This document shows, one piece after another, positions 50,404-60,417 of a stretch of DNA of 64,000 nucleotides. The notes under the pieces were generated by a model that worked only from the letters and a program-made list of their open reading frames with translations, did no database searches and had not been told where the DNA came from. Source of the DNA: Candidatus Acidiferrales bacterium (GTDB lineage: Bacteria; Vulcanimicrobiota; Vulcanimicrobiia; Vulcanimicrobiales; Vulcanimicrobiaceae); the NCBI GenBank assembly GCA_035507275.1, contig DATJOG010000005.1, positions 37,854-101,853 of the forward strand. The letters are read 5' to 3'. A program made the position numbers and the translations under genes. Position 1 is the stretch's first letter; the number at the start of each line of letters is the position of its first letter.

Positions 50404-52059
50404 TTGTTCGCTTCGAAGGGGATTTTTCGCTTCGTGAAACGTCTATTCGCGCTTGCTGCCTTAGCCGGAATCCTCGCGGGTTGCTCCAAGGTCTCGAACG
50501 GATCGGGCGGCGATCACTCGTGGACGCAACCCGGCGTGCTGCGCATCGCGCTGCAGACCGAACCGAAAAATCTCGATCCGCTGCTGACGTCGGAGACGAC
50601 CGACGTCTTCGTCAGCCGCTTCATGTTCCTGCCGCTCATTCAACCCGACGGCAACGGCGTGCAACAGCCGCTGCTGGCGACCGAAGTTCCAACCAGAGCG
50701 AACGGCGGGGTGAGTGCGGACGGCCTCACGATCACGTATCACCTGCGCAAGGACGTGAAATGGAGCGACGGTGTCCCCGTCACGAGCAAGGACGTCAAGT
50801 GGACGTGGACGGCGATCATGAACCCGAACAACAATATCGTCTCGCGTCACGGCTACGACGAAGTCAAATCGGTCGATACACCCGATCCGTATACCGTGAT
50901 CGTGCATCTGAAAGAAAAATTCTCGCCCTTCGTCAACACGTTTTTCACCGACAGCGATCAACCGTACAGCGTCGCGCCCGAGCACGTGCTAGCGAAATAC
51001 CCCAACGTCAATCAGATCCCGTTCAATAGCGAGCCGACCGTCACCGACGGGCCTTTCCGCTTCGGCGAGTGGGTTCACAACGATCACATCTCGCTCGTGG
51101 CGAATCAGAATTTCTTCCTCGGCAAGCCCGGGCTCGATCGCATCGAGATCAAGATCATTCCCGACGAGAACACGTCGGTCGAAGAGTTCAAAGCGCACGC
51201 CATCGACTGGATCTATCAGGCCTCGATCCATCTCTATCCGCAAGTGAAGGATACCGAAGGCACCAAAATCGTGTGGATGCGCGTCAACGGCTATTACGAC
51301 GTGCAGTTCAATACCGCGAGCCCGTCGCTGAAGAACGTGCTCGTGCGGCAAGCGATCGCTTACGCGATCGACAAGCAGAGCTTGGTAAACACGACGATGT
51401 ACGGTCAGGAGACGCCCGCGACCGAAGACATTCCCGATTGGATGTGGGCCTACGATCCGACACTGAAGTCATATCCGTATGACGTCGACAAAGCGCGCCA
51501 GCTGCTCACACAAGCGGGCTACAGTCCGGGCGCGAACGGTATGATGCAAAAGGGCGGCGCACCGCTCTCGCTTCTCCTCGTGACCGAGAACTCGAACGTC
51601 ACCTACAGGCAACTCGCGTTGCTCGTGCAAGCCCAGCTGCGCCGCGTCGGCATCGACTCGCAGATCAAGCTCTTTCCTGGGGCGCAGCTTTATGCGCCGG
51701 CCGGCGAAGGCGGCATCCTGCAGCTCGGGCATTTCGACTTGATCGTCGACGGCTGGTACTCCGGCATCGATCCCGACGATTCCGCGCAATTCATGTGCGA
51801 AAACGTACCGCCCGGCGGGTACAATTACAGCCGGTATTGTAGTCCCGAGATGGACGCGGCAGAGACGATGGCGCTCACGCACTACGACCAAGCCACGCGC
51901 AAGGCCGCGTACGCCAAGACCCAGGCGCTGCTGGCGCGCGACGTTCCCGAGCTGTTCATCAACTGGTTGCGTCAGATGCACCCCATCAACGCCGACTTCA
52001 AAGGTCTCGATCCGAACCCGGTCGTCGAGAACTGGAACGCATGGCAATGGAGCATTTAG
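50404..52059 (+). CDS. ABC-transporter family-5 solute-binding lipoprotein (third paralog)
   Basis: It has lipobox ILAGC, and ATEVPTRANGGVSADGLTITYHLRKDVKWSDG nearly matches the 8792..10417 protein. The start is TTG at 50404 or the GTG of VKRLFAL. Confidence 0.8.
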   Translation: MFASKGIFRFVKRLFALAALAGILAGCSKVSNGSGGDHSWTQPGVLRIALQTEPKNLDPLLTSETTDVFVSRFMFLPLIQPDGNGVQQPLLATEVPTRANGGVSADGLTITYHLRKDVKWSDGVPVTSKDVKWTWTAIMNPNNNIVSRHGYDEVKSVDTPDPYTVIVHLKEKFSPFVNTFFTDSDQPYSVAPEHVLAKYPNVNQIPFNSEPTVTDGPFRFGEWVHNDHISLVANQNFFLGKPGLDRIEIKIIPDENTSVEEFKAHAIDWIYQASIHLYPQVKDTEGTKIVWMRVNGYYDVQFNTASPSLKNVLVRQAIAYAIDKQSLVNTTMYGQETPATEDIPDWMWAYDPTLKSYPYDVDKARQLLTQAGYSPGANGMMQKGGAPLSLLLVTENSNVTYRQLALLVQAQLRRVGIDSQIKLFPGAQLYAPAGEGGILQLGHFDLIVDGWYSGIDPDDSAQFMCENVPPGGYNYSRYCSPEMDAAETMALTHYDQATRKAAYAKTQALLARDVPELFINWLRQMHPINADFKGLDPNPVVENWNAWQWSI

Positions 52060-52601
52060 GGCGCCCCAACCAACCCGTCGGTCCGCTGCCCGAACTCGTC
52101 TGGCTGCGCAAGATCATCGTGGAACGCGCGATCACGCGGGGCGACTACGTGCTCTCGGGCGGCGTGCGCAGCGACTACTACATCGATAAATTTCGCCTTT
52201 TCTCCGATCCGCACGTGCTGCGGCGTATCGCCCGGCTCTTCGTGCCGCTCGTGACCGAGATCAATCCCGATTTGATTGCCGGGACCGAGCTTGGCGGCGT
52301 CGTCATCGCGACCGCCGTCTCTCAGATGACGGGTCTGCCGCTCATCGCCGTGCGCAAATCACCCAAAGGCTACGGTGCTTTCGCCGACGAGTATGTCGAA
52401 GGCCCGTACGAACCCGGGCAGCACATCTTGTTACTCGAAGATGTCGTGACCTCGGGCGGCGAGTTGCTCGCGGCGAAAGCGCGCCTCGAAGAGTTGGGCC
52501 TGAAGGTCACACCGTGCGCCGTCGTGAGCCGGGGCCTCGCGCCCGTCCGCGCGCTGATCCAGTTTTCACTGCCGCGCGGCGAAGCAAAGCTCGATAATTA
52601 G
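52041..52601 (+). CDS. pyrE: orotate phosphoribosyltransferase-like type I PRTase
   Basis: 186 aa with SGGVRSDYYIDKF and the PRPP loop ILLLEDVVTSGGE, resembling short actinobacterial-type PyrE. It overlaps the SBP gene by 19 nt. Confidence 0.6.
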   Translation: MAMEHLGRPNQPVGPLPELVWLRKIIVERAITRGDYVLSGGVRSDYYIDKFRLFSDPHVLRRIARLFVPLVTEINPDLIAGTELGGVVIATAVSQMTGLPLIAVRKSPKGYGAFADEYVEGPYEPGQHILLLEDVVTSGGELLAAKARLEELGLKVTPCAVVSRGLAPVRALIQFSLPRGEAKLDN

Positions 52602-53374
52602 ATAGTAAGTTCGGTGCCGTCGTCCGCGATGGCGCACGGCCCGTGATAGACGCTGCGCGCCGCGTCTTCGAGTTCGCCCGGAGCGAACTCCGTGCCGTAG
52701 TGCGTGAGCACGAGGCGGCGCGCGCCGGCGCGCTGCGCCATCTCGCCCGCTTCGATCGCCGAGAGATGCCCGCGCACAGGCCCGGTTTCGACCGCTAAGC
52801 CCAGCGCCGACTCGCAGAGAAAGATGCTGCAGCCGCGCGCGAGTTCTTCGACGCGCTCGCACGGCGCGGTGTCGCTCGAATAACAGACGCTGGCGCCGTC
52901 GCGTTCCACGCGCACCGCGTACGCATCGATGTAATGTATCGTCTTCGCGAACGTGACCGCGAGGCGTCCGACCTCGAGCGTACCGCTCGGATCGTACTCG
53001 TGAATATCGTACACCTCGTCGAGAAAATCGCTGGGCCCTTCGCTCGCAAACGTAGCGGCGAAAGCGCGCAGCTGCGCTTCACCGCCCGGCGGCAGATAGA
53101 TCGGCATGCGGTCTTCGCGCAGCAGCGGTCCGTACTTGAGGCCGTATCTCAGCGGGATCAAATCGAGGAAGTGATCGGCATGCATGTGCGTGATCACGAT
53201 TGCGTCGAGGTCCGGATAGTCCATCACGATGCGCAGGTTCGCGAGCGCGCCGGTGCCGATGTCGAGCAGCAGGTTCGTACCGCGCGCACGGATCAAGTGA
53301 CAGCTGCACGCACGGCCCGGTCGCGGAACGGAAGCGCTCGATCCCACGACGCGCACGCGCATCGCGGCGGCCAT
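52598..53374 (-). CDS. MBL-fold metallo-hydrolase
   Basis: 258 aa with ITHMHADHFLDL and LTHYG. Confidence 0.75.
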   Translation of the reverse strand: MAAAMRVRVVGSSASVPRPGRACSCHLIRARGTNLLLDIGTGALANLRIVMDYPDLDAIVITHMHADHFLDLIPLRYGLKYGPLLREDRMPIYLPPGGEAQLRAFAATFASEGPSDFLDEVYDIHEYDPSGTLEVGRLAVTFAKTIHYIDAYAVRVERDGASVCYSSDTAPCERVEELARGCSIFLCESALGLAVETGPVRGHLSAIEAGEMAQRAGARRLVLTHYGTEFAPGELEDAARSVYHGPCAIADDGTELTI

Positions 53375-53835
53375 TACGGTAGCGATGCGAGCACCTCATC
53401 CGCGTGATCGTCGACTTTGACCTTCGGCCAAACCCTGACGATGACGCCTTTCTCGTCGATCAGAAATGTCGAGCGCTGTATGCCCATCGACTTCTTGCCG
53501 TACATATTCTTCTCGACGATGACGCCGAACGCGTTGCACAGCTTCGACTCGGTGTCGGCGAGCAGCGTGAACGGAATCTTGTACTTCGCTTTGAACTTTT
53601 GATGGGAAGCGGCGTCGTCGCGGCTGACGCCGACGATCCGCGCGCCCTTTTTTTGAAACTTCGGGAATAGATCGCGGAACTGCGACGCTTCGTTGGTGCA
53701 GCCCGGTGTATCGTCTTTTGGATAAAAATACAAGATCAGCGGACCGCCGAGAAGCTCGGCCGTTCTAACCGGCTTTCCCGCATCGTCCGCAACCGTGAGG
53801 CTTGGCAGCTTGTCGCCTTCGCCGAGCATTCCCAC
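53374..53835 (-). CDS. bcp: thioredoxin-dependent peroxiredoxin Bcp
   Basis: 153 aa with LYFYPKDDTPGCTNEA. Confidence 0.85.
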   Translation of the reverse strand: MGMLGEGDKLPSLTVADDAGKPVRTAELLGGPLILYFYPKDDTPGCTNEASQFRDLFPKFQKKGARIVGVSRDDAASHQKFKAKYKIPFTLLADTESKLCNAFGVIVEKNMYGKKSMGIQRSTFLIDEKGVIVRVWPKVKVDDHADEVLASLP

Positions 53836-53840
53836 CCTTT

Positions 53841-55775
53841 CTACGCCGACTCGCTGAACTGGTCGAGAGGTACCATAAATAACAGCCGGTCGCCAGGTCT
53901 GACGTCCTGTTCAAACTTGTGTACCGGCACGGCAACACCTTTGCCGGCGCCTTGCTCGCGCCACGCGTAGAGCGGTACCCAACGTACCTTGTAGCCCGGG
54001 CGCTCGGGCGGCGCGGGCGGCGGCGAGTTTTCGGCTCCCTGAAAGCGCTCCGCAAGCTGAAAAACCCTCGCAAACGAGTGGTTCGGAAAGATCGCGAAGC
54101 GCCCGCGCGTGCTTTCGAAACGCGCGAGGCCGGCGATAGTCGGCGCGGTCAGCTCGGTCGTCGAAAAGGAAGCGATGCCGAAATGCCGTTTTATCGACGC
54201 CCCGAAGGCCAGGTCGTCGATGCGGAGCACGACGTGCATATCGGAACGCGCGTGTTCGCGCGTGCGCGTACGCGCGCCGAGCGCAACCTCGAGATTCGAC
54301 GTGTCGCTGTTGGTGACGCCGACCAGCGCCTTGGCGCGCTCGGGCGAGCAATACGCGATCGTCTCGTCGTTGGTCGCGTCGCCGGTCAAAAGGTCGATCT
54401 TCCGGTCGCGCGCAAGCTCGATCAAAATCGCGTCGGGATTGCGCTCGACCACCACCACGTCTTCGCCCAGCTCGCGCAGGTAGTCGATGACCAGCGAGCC
54501 TACGTTGCCGGCTCCGCAAACGATCACGTGCCCCGAACGATGAATTCGTCTCAGTCCTCGGGTGCGGCGCGTCGACGCGGCGTTGAGCGCCGAGGTCACG
54601 GTCGCGGTGAAGACCGCGAAGATCGTAACACCGACGAGCATCGTGCACATCGCGACGAGCAGCGTGGCGATCTGAGCGGGACCCAGGCTCCCGGTGCAGT
54701 TCGTGCACGGCGTGATATCGCCGTAACCGACCGTCGTCATCGTGGTCATCACGAAATAGAGCGCCGCCAGCGGATTGATGTGCAGCGCGATAGCGAAGTA
54801 GATCGAAAAGAGCAGATACATCACCAGGCCGAGGCCAAAGACGGTGCGCAGGATCGGTTCCGTGCGCCGCGTCGCGACCCGCAGATCGCGGATCGACGCG
54901 TTCACACGGCTGCGCCACGAGGTTTCGCGCTTGCGCTCGCCGTTCGGCCACGTGCGCTTGATATTGGCAATCGGTCCGAAGACGCAGACGCGCGCATTCT
55001 CCGGGATCGGCGTACCGAGCGTCTCCGCGTTCGCGTGATCCTCGTCGCCATGGCAGATGTACGGTGGGCTTCCGTCGATGGCGACGACGCGTGCGCGCAA
55101 GCGCTCTTCCGCCTGCATCACGTCGAGACCGTCGATGCCAAACTCCTGCGCATCGCGTTCGCAAAAGCCGAAGAGCCCCGCCGTTGCGTGTTGGCTCCCG
55201 CTCTCGTCGATCGCATCGTGACGGTGTACGGCCTTTGCCACCAAGGTCTCGAGCGTCGGAAACGGCAGCGCGTAAAAGCACGAGGGGTCGACCGCCGAGG
55301 CCGCATAGGTCGCCGCCGCATGCGCCGCCGGCGAGATCGCGGTGCAGTTATACTTGAGTCCTTCCTGAATCTTGTGGCCGAGCACCGGGTTGAACTGACG
55401 GATCGTCACGCGCGTGCGCTCGTTGATGTCGCGCGCGATCAGCGCGACGCGAAGATTCAGACGGTCATCTTGCGAGACCGCCACGATACAAAAATTCGGC
55501 TGATCGGGGCGGGCGCCCGGTGATTCGAGGCCGGCCTCGCGCAGGCTCGCGGACTCGGCCGGGTCCAGGGCGTAGTGCGCGAACGTTTGCGGAAACTCCG
55601 CACGAAATTTCCGCACGGTTTGCGCGAGCAGGTTTGCAGCACGCTCTTCTTCGTGCTTCCAAACGAGCGCAACGCGCTGCCCGGCCGTCTTTAAAATCTC
55701 ACGGCAGATTTCATACGCCAGGTAGTCACCGCCGACGACGATAATCAGCGTCTCGGTCGCCATAGATGACATCAC
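53841..55775 (-). CDS. potassium channel (2-TM pore) flanked by RCK/TrkA-N-like domains
   Basis: It has the selectivity filter TTVGYGDITP followed by a Cys-containing insert (CTNCTGSLG), and a C-terminal Rossmann motif VIVCGAGNVGSLV. The alternative starts GTG 55775, ATG 55772 and ATG 55763 all abut the divergent gene. Confidence 0.75.
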   Translation of the reverse strand: MMSSMATETLIIVVGGDYLAYEICREILKTAGQRVALVWKHEEERAANLLAQTVRKFRAEFPQTFAHYALDPAESASLREAGLESPGARPDQPNFCIVAVSQDDRLNLRVALIARDINERTRVTIRQFNPVLGHKIQEGLKYNCTAISPAAHAAATYAASAVDPSCFYALPFPTLETLVAKAVHRHDAIDESGSQHATAGLFGFCERDAQEFGIDGLDVMQAEERLRARVVAIDGSPPYICHGDEDHANAETLGTPIPENARVCVFGPIANIKRTWPNGERKRETSWRSRVNASIRDLRVATRRTEPILRTVFGLGLVMYLLFSIYFAIALHINPLAALYFVMTTMTTVGYGDITPCTNCTGSLGPAQIATLLVAMCTMLVGVTIFAVFTATVTSALNAASTRRTRGLRRIHRSGHVIVCGAGNVGSLVIDYLRELGEDVVVVERNPDAILIELARDRKIDLLTGDATNDETIAYCSPERAKALVGVTNSDTSNLEVALGARTRTREHARSDMHVVLRIDDLAFGASIKRHFGIASFSTTELTAPTIAGLARFESTRGRFAIFPNHSFARVFQLAERFQGAENSPPPAPPERPGYKVRWVPLYAWREQGAGKGVAVPVHKFEQDVRPGDRLLFMVPLDQFSESA

Positions 55776-56320
55776 ATTCGCCGGAGCCCACCCCCCGTCC
55801 GCCGCACCCCCTCGCGCTCGCCCTCATCGAGCGCTTGCGGGACCGGCCGGGCGCGCGTGTGGTCGAAATCGGTGCGGGGAGCGGGCGGAACACGCGCGCG
55901 CTCCAGGCAGCAGGCCTGCACGTCTACACACTGCCCCCGGGCGAGCCGGCGGCAGCGGCGCTCACGACCCACGCGCTGCTGCACGGAAGGCTCGCCGAGA
56001 TCCGGGACACGCTCGACGCGATCGCCGCGTCGCTCGAGCCCGGCGCGCCGCTCTTTGGGACCTTCGGCTCAACCAGCGATGCGCGCTTCGGCAGCGGCGA
56101 CGAGTTGGAGGCACACGTCTACGCGGCACGCAGCGGCGACGAGGCCGGGGTCGCCCACGCGTATTTCGACGAACCGCGGCTACGCGCGCTGCTCGCAGCG
56201 CGCTTTACGATTGAATCGTTGAGAGAGGTCGACGTCGACGAAATCGCCGGGCGGTGGGCGCATCCGAACGATCCGCTGCGCGGAGCCGTTCACTGGTTTG
56301 CGATTGCACGCAAGCGATGA
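55766..56320 (+). CDS. class I SAM-dependent methyltransferase
   Basis: 184 aa with motif I VVEIGAGSGRNT. Confidence 0.6.
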   Translation: MTSHSPEPTPRPPHPLALALIERLRDRPGARVVEIGAGSGRNTRALQAAGLHVYTLPPGEPAAAALTTHALLHGRLAEIRDTLDAIAASLEPGAPLFGTFGSTSDARFGSGDELEAHVYAARSGDEAGVAHAYFDEPRLRALLAARFTIESLREVDVDEIAGRWAHPNDPLRGAVHWFAIARKR

Positions 56321-56321
56321 T

Positions 56322-56642
56322 TTAGTATCTGGAAAGCGACGTGTCGATCCGCTGCGCATACGCATCGATCCCGCCATCGACGTTCATCACATCTTTGAAT
56401 CCATGCGCGCGCAGAAAAGCCGCGACGCGTTCGCTGCGTCCGCCGTGGTGACACATGACGGCCGTTGGGACCGAGGGATCGAGTTCGCCGATTCGCTGCG
56501 GGATCTGTCCCATCGGAATCCAGAGGGCGCCGTCGATCTTCACCGTCGCGACTTCATCGGGCTCGCGTACGTCGAGAAGCACGAACGGTTCGGCCGACTG
56601 ACGGCGGCGCGCGAGCTCCTCAACCGTAATCTCTTGCATCAT
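56322..56642 (-). CDS. single-domain rhodanese sulfurtransferase
   Basis: Trimmed to the ATG at 56642 (ATGA overlap with the thiG stop). It has [11 protein letters not shown] and the active-site loop CHHGGRS. Confidence 0.8.
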   Translation of the reverse strand: MMQEITVEELARRRQSAEPFVLLDVREPDEVATVKIDGALWIPMGQIPQRIGELDPSVPTAVMCHHGGRSERVAAFLRAHGFKDVMNVDGGIDAYAQRIDTSLSRY

Positions 56643-57424
56643 GTTCCTTTGGTAACGATGAGATCGCGCATCGGGCTCGACGCATTCGCGTAGAGGCGTT
56701 TCTCCATCCGGCCCGCGCGATATGCTTCCCGTCCCGCAATGACCGCATGCTTCATCGCATCGGCCATGAGCACGGGGTCGCGCGCGGCGGCTATACCGGT
56801 ATTCATGAGCAGCGCGTCGACGCCGAGCTCCATCGCAATGGCGGCATCGCTTGCGGTTCCCACGCCGGCGTCGACGATGACCGGAACGTTCGCGCGTTCT
56901 TTGATGATCGCAATCGTGTACGGATTGCACACGCCCAAGCCGCTGCCGATCGGGGCCGCGAGCGGCATCACCGCCGCGCAGCCGAGTTCCTCGAGCTGCT
57001 TGCAAACCACCGGGTCGTCGCCGACGTACGGCAGCACGGTGAAACCGTCGTTCACGAGTGCTTCGGCAGCCTCGAGCGTCCCGCGCGCGTCGGGGTGAAG
57101 CGTCTGCGCGTCACCGATGACCTCGAGTTTGATGAGATCGGTCTCGAGCAATTCTCGCGCGAGCTGCGCGGTCAGCACCGCGTCTTTCGCGCTATAGCAG
57201 CCTGCGGTGTTGGGCAGCACCCGCAACTTGGTGCGGTCGATGAAGTCCAGAAGTGTCTTGCCGCTGCGATCGTCGATATTGATCCGGCGAATCGCGACGG
57301 TCACCATCTGCGCGCCGCTCGCCTCGTGCGCAGCCCGCATCACCTCGATCGAAGGATACTTGCCGGTGCCGACGATCAGCCGCGACGTGAATTCGTACGA
57401 ACCGATTTTTAGAATGTCTTGCAT
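56639..57424 (-). CDS. thiG: thiazole synthase
   Basis: 261 aa with GTGKYPS, LPNTAGC, KLEVIGD and [10 protein letters not shown]. Confidence 0.9.
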   Translation of the reverse strand: MQDILKIGSYEFTSRLIVGTGKYPSIEVMRAAHEASGAQMVTVAIRRINIDDRSGKTLLDFIDRTKLRVLPNTAGCYSAKDAVLTAQLARELLETDLIKLEVIGDAQTLHPDARGTLEAAEALVNDGFTVLPYVGDDPVVCKQLEELGCAAVMPLAAPIGSGLGVCNPYTIAIIKERANVPVIVDAGVGTASDAAIAMELGVDALLMNTGIAAARDPVLMADAMKHAVIAGREAYRAGRMEKRLYANASSPMRDLIVTKGT

Positions 57425-57425
57425 G

Positions 57426-57626
57426 CTATCCGCCTGCGACGGCCTTGATGATCTCTACCGCATCGCCCTCGGCAATCGCGCTTTGCTCGTACTCGGCACG
57501 GCGCACGACGCGATCGTTCTTTGCGACGGCGATGCCGTTGCGCGCAACGCCGAGCTGTTCGAGCAAGCTCGCGACGGTCGTGCCGTCGGGCAGGTCGCGC
57601 GGTTCGCCATTGATCGTCGCTTTCAC
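57426..57626 (-). CDS. thiS: sulfur carrier protein ThiS
   Basis: 66 aa from the GTG at 57626 (GTGA overlap with the thiO stop). It ends ...EIIKAVAGG (C-terminal Gly-Gly). Confidence 0.8.
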   Translation of the reverse strand: MKATINGEPRDLPDGTTVASLLEQLGVARNGIAVAKNDRVVRRAEYEQSAIAEGDAVEIIKAVAGG

Positions 57627-58717
57627 GCTGGAAGTATTTCGCGCAGAGGCGCGATATCGCCCGTCTCGACAAAACTCGCAACCAGTTCGGCGGTGACCGG
57701 CGCAAGCAAGATGCCGTTGCGGTAATGTCCGGTCGCGAGGATCAGACCGTCGATCGCCGTCGGTCCGATCAGCGGCCGCCCGTCGGGCGTTGCCGGGCGC
57801 AGTCCGGCCCACGTTTCCGTGACGGTGAAGGCGCCCAACGCCGGAGCCGCCGCCAGCGCCGCGTGCAACAGCGCGTGCGTCGCCGCTGCGGTCACGCGTT
57901 CATCGAAACCCGCTTCGGGTTCGACCGTCGCGCCGATCAGTAAACGTCCGTCGGGCCGCGGTACGAGATAAGCGCCCGGTACCCACGTCGCGCGGCGCAA
58001 GAAGCCTTGCGGCGCGGCGAGCGCGAGCATTTGCCCTTTGACCGGCGTCACGGGCGGACGCGCGAAGTCGGGCAGACCCGGCACGAATGCCGCCCACGCA
58101 CCCGCAGCATTGATCACCGTTCGAGCGGGGGTAAACCCGAGTTCGCTGCGAATGCCGAGCGCGCGCCGTCCATCGCATTCGAGCGCAACGTCGCGCACGG
58201 GAGCGTGCACGACGACGCCGCGCGCGCGACACGCTTCGAGCAGCGCACGGCCGAGTCGCCGATTGTCGACGTATCCTTGGCCGCGCACGACCAGCGCGCC
58301 GGTAACGTGTTTCCCGAGCGACGGTTCGGCGATGAGCGTCGCGCGCCGGTCCAGCAGCTCGCACGCGATACCGCGCGCCGGTAATTCGCGCGCGTACGCT
58401 GCGAGCGCGTCGAGACGCGCGTCGTCGAAGGCCGCTTCGACGATGCCGTCGAGCGCAACCTCGACACTTACACCGCCGGCTCGGCTGACGCGCTCGACAA
58501 AGGCAGGATAGCGCGCAAGCGAATCGCGGCAGAGCGCGAGCATCGGCTCATCCTCGATGCGCTCCGCGAACGGCGCGAGCATTCCCGCGCCCGCCCACGA
58601 CGCACCGTGCCCCGGTTCACCGCGATCGTAGACCCGCACCGCGGCGCCGCGCTCGGCAAGCTCGAACGCGATTGCAAGACCGATCAGACCGCCGCCGACG
58701 ACGAGAACGTCACCCAT
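57623..58717 (-). CDS. thiO: FAD-dependent glycine oxidase
   Basis: 364 aa with the FAD motif VVGGGLIGLAIAFELAERG and a DAO-family fold. It is adjacent to thiS and thiG. Confidence 0.8.
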   Translation of the reverse strand: MGDVLVVGGGLIGLAIAFELAERGAAVRVYDRGEPGHGASWAGAGMLAPFAERIEDEPMLALCRDSLARYPAFVERVSRAGGVSVEVALDGIVEAAFDDARLDALAAYARELPARGIACELLDRRATLIAEPSLGKHVTGALVVRGQGYVDNRRLGRALLEACRARGVVVHAPVRDVALECDGRRALGIRSELGFTPARTVINAAGAWAAFVPGLPDFARPPVTPVKGQMLALAAPQGFLRRATWVPGAYLVPRPDGRLLIGATVEPEAGFDERVTAAATHALLHAALAAAPALGAFTVTETWAGLRPATPDGRPLIGPTAIDGLILATGHYRNGILLAPVTAELVASFVETGDIAPLREILPA

Positions 58718-58720
58718 GCG

Positions 58721-60382
58721 CTACATGCCGGTATAGACCGGCCCCTCGCCGCCTTGGGGCGGCACCCACGTGATGATTTGATAGGGATCGGCGATGTCGC
58801 AGGTCTTGCAGTGCACGCAGTTCGTGAAATTGATCTGCAGCCTGCCGTGCACCGCACCTTCGTCGCCGTCTTTTTCGAACATCGGTTCGTAGACTTTCGC
58901 CGGACAAAAATACGCGCACGGGTTACCGTACTCGACGGTGCAGCGATCGCGGCAGATATTCGTGTCGGCCACAAGCAGGTGGCAGGGCTGGTTCTCTTCG
59001 TGCACCGTGCCCGAGTTGTAGACGTCGGTGAGTTTATCGAACGTCAGCACGTTGTCGATCTTCGCGCGCGGCGTCTCCTGCGGACGGTAGCCGGCCTTCT
59101 CCATGTTCTCGTAGCCCGGTTTCGACGGGAGTTTGTCGATGAATCCGAAAGCACGCCCGCCGGTATACGTAGCGAGACCCGCATTGAACATGCCCGCCCA
59201 CATGCCGTGTTCGAAACCTTGATGGAAGTTACGCGCGCTGCGCATCTCCGTGTAGGCCCACGAATCGCGGAAGCGCTGCTCGTAAACCGAGAGCTGCTCG
59301 CGGTCGAAGTTGTCCGCTTGCAACGCGTCCCACGCGGTCTCGGCCGCCATCATGCCCGACTTCATCGCCAGATGCACCCCTTTGAGGCGCATGCCGTTGA
59401 GGAAACCGGCCGAATCGCCCGCGATCATCAAACCGTCGGCGTACGAACGAATCATCGCGAAGAACCCGCCTTCGGGGATTGCCTTCGCGCCGTAGCGGAT
59501 CAGCTTAGCGCCCTCGAGCATCTTGCGAATCTCGGGATGCTCTTTCATGCGCTGCAGCTCGTTGTGCGGATCGGTCGTGGGATTCTTGTAGTCGAGTCCG
59601 GTCACGTGACCGATGTCGAGCACGCGATCCTTCATGCCGTAGATGAAGCCGCCGCCGAAGGTTTCCGGCGGCAACGGATAACCCAGCGTGTGAATTACCG
59701 TACCGGCCGGGAACCGGTCGTCGGGAAGCTGCCACAGCTCTTTCACGCCCGCGGCGTAGACTTGCGGCTCTTTGCCTTCGTCGAGATTCAAACGCGGGAT
59801 CGCCTGCTTTGCGAGCGTGCCGCGCGGCCCTTCGCCGAGGACCACGATCTTTGCCATCAAATCGGCGCCGGGCTCGTAATTCGCTTTGGGCTTACCCTCG
59901 TGATCGAGGCCTTTGTCGCCGGTGCGCACGCCGATCACACGATCGCCGTCCCACAATAATTCTTGCCCGGGAAATTCGCCGAAGACTTGCACGCCGAGCT
60001 CTTCGGCCTGCGCGGCCATCCATTTCGTCAGACGCTGCAGTGACGAGACGTACTTGCCGTGGTTGTTGAGCGGCGGCGGAGTAAAAGGCGCTTTGATCTT
60101 GCCGCTTTTGGTGAGAAACCAGAGCTCGTCGCGTCCAACCGGCGCTTCGATCGGCGCGCCGCGCTCGATCCAGTCCGGCATCAACTCGGCAATCGCGCGC
60201 GGATCGAGCACGAGTCCGGAGAGCCCGTGGTTGCCGATCTCGGCGGCTTTCTCGATCACGAGAATCTCCAGCTCGCGTCCGGCCTCTTTGGCAAGCTGCC
60301 CCAGACGAATCGCGCCCGCCAGCGAGGCGGGGCCCGCGCCGACGAAGAGTACGTCGACTTCTAATTGATCACGCTGCGCCAT
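58721..60382 (-). CDS. electron-transfer flavoprotein:ubiquinone oxidoreductase
   Basis: 553 aa with the FAD motif VLFVGAGPASLAGA and the C-terminal ferredoxin-like segment CVHCKTCDIADP. Confidence 0.85.
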   Translation of the reverse strand: MAQRDQLEVDVLFVGAGPASLAGAIRLGQLAKEAGRELEILVIEKAAEIGNHGLSGLVLDPRAIAELMPDWIERGAPIEAPVGRDELWFLTKSGKIKAPFTPPPLNNHGKYVSSLQRLTKWMAAQAEELGVQVFGEFPGQELLWDGDRVIGVRTGDKGLDHEGKPKANYEPGADLMAKIVVLGEGPRGTLAKQAIPRLNLDEGKEPQVYAAGVKELWQLPDDRFPAGTVIHTLGYPLPPETFGGGFIYGMKDRVLDIGHVTGLDYKNPTTDPHNELQRMKEHPEIRKMLEGAKLIRYGAKAIPEGGFFAMIRSYADGLMIAGDSAGFLNGMRLKGVHLAMKSGMMAAETAWDALQADNFDREQLSVYEQRFRDSWAYTEMRSARNFHQGFEHGMWAGMFNAGLATYTGGRAFGFIDKLPSKPGYENMEKAGYRPQETPRAKIDNVLTFDKLTDVYNSGTVHEENQPCHLLVADTNICRDRCTVEYGNPCAYFCPAKVYEPMFEKDGDEGAVHGRLQINFTNCVHCKTCDIADPYQIITWVPPQGGEGPVYTGM

Positions 60383-60417
60383 GGCCGGAAGCTTCGAGCT
60401 TGACCAAAATGATCATT

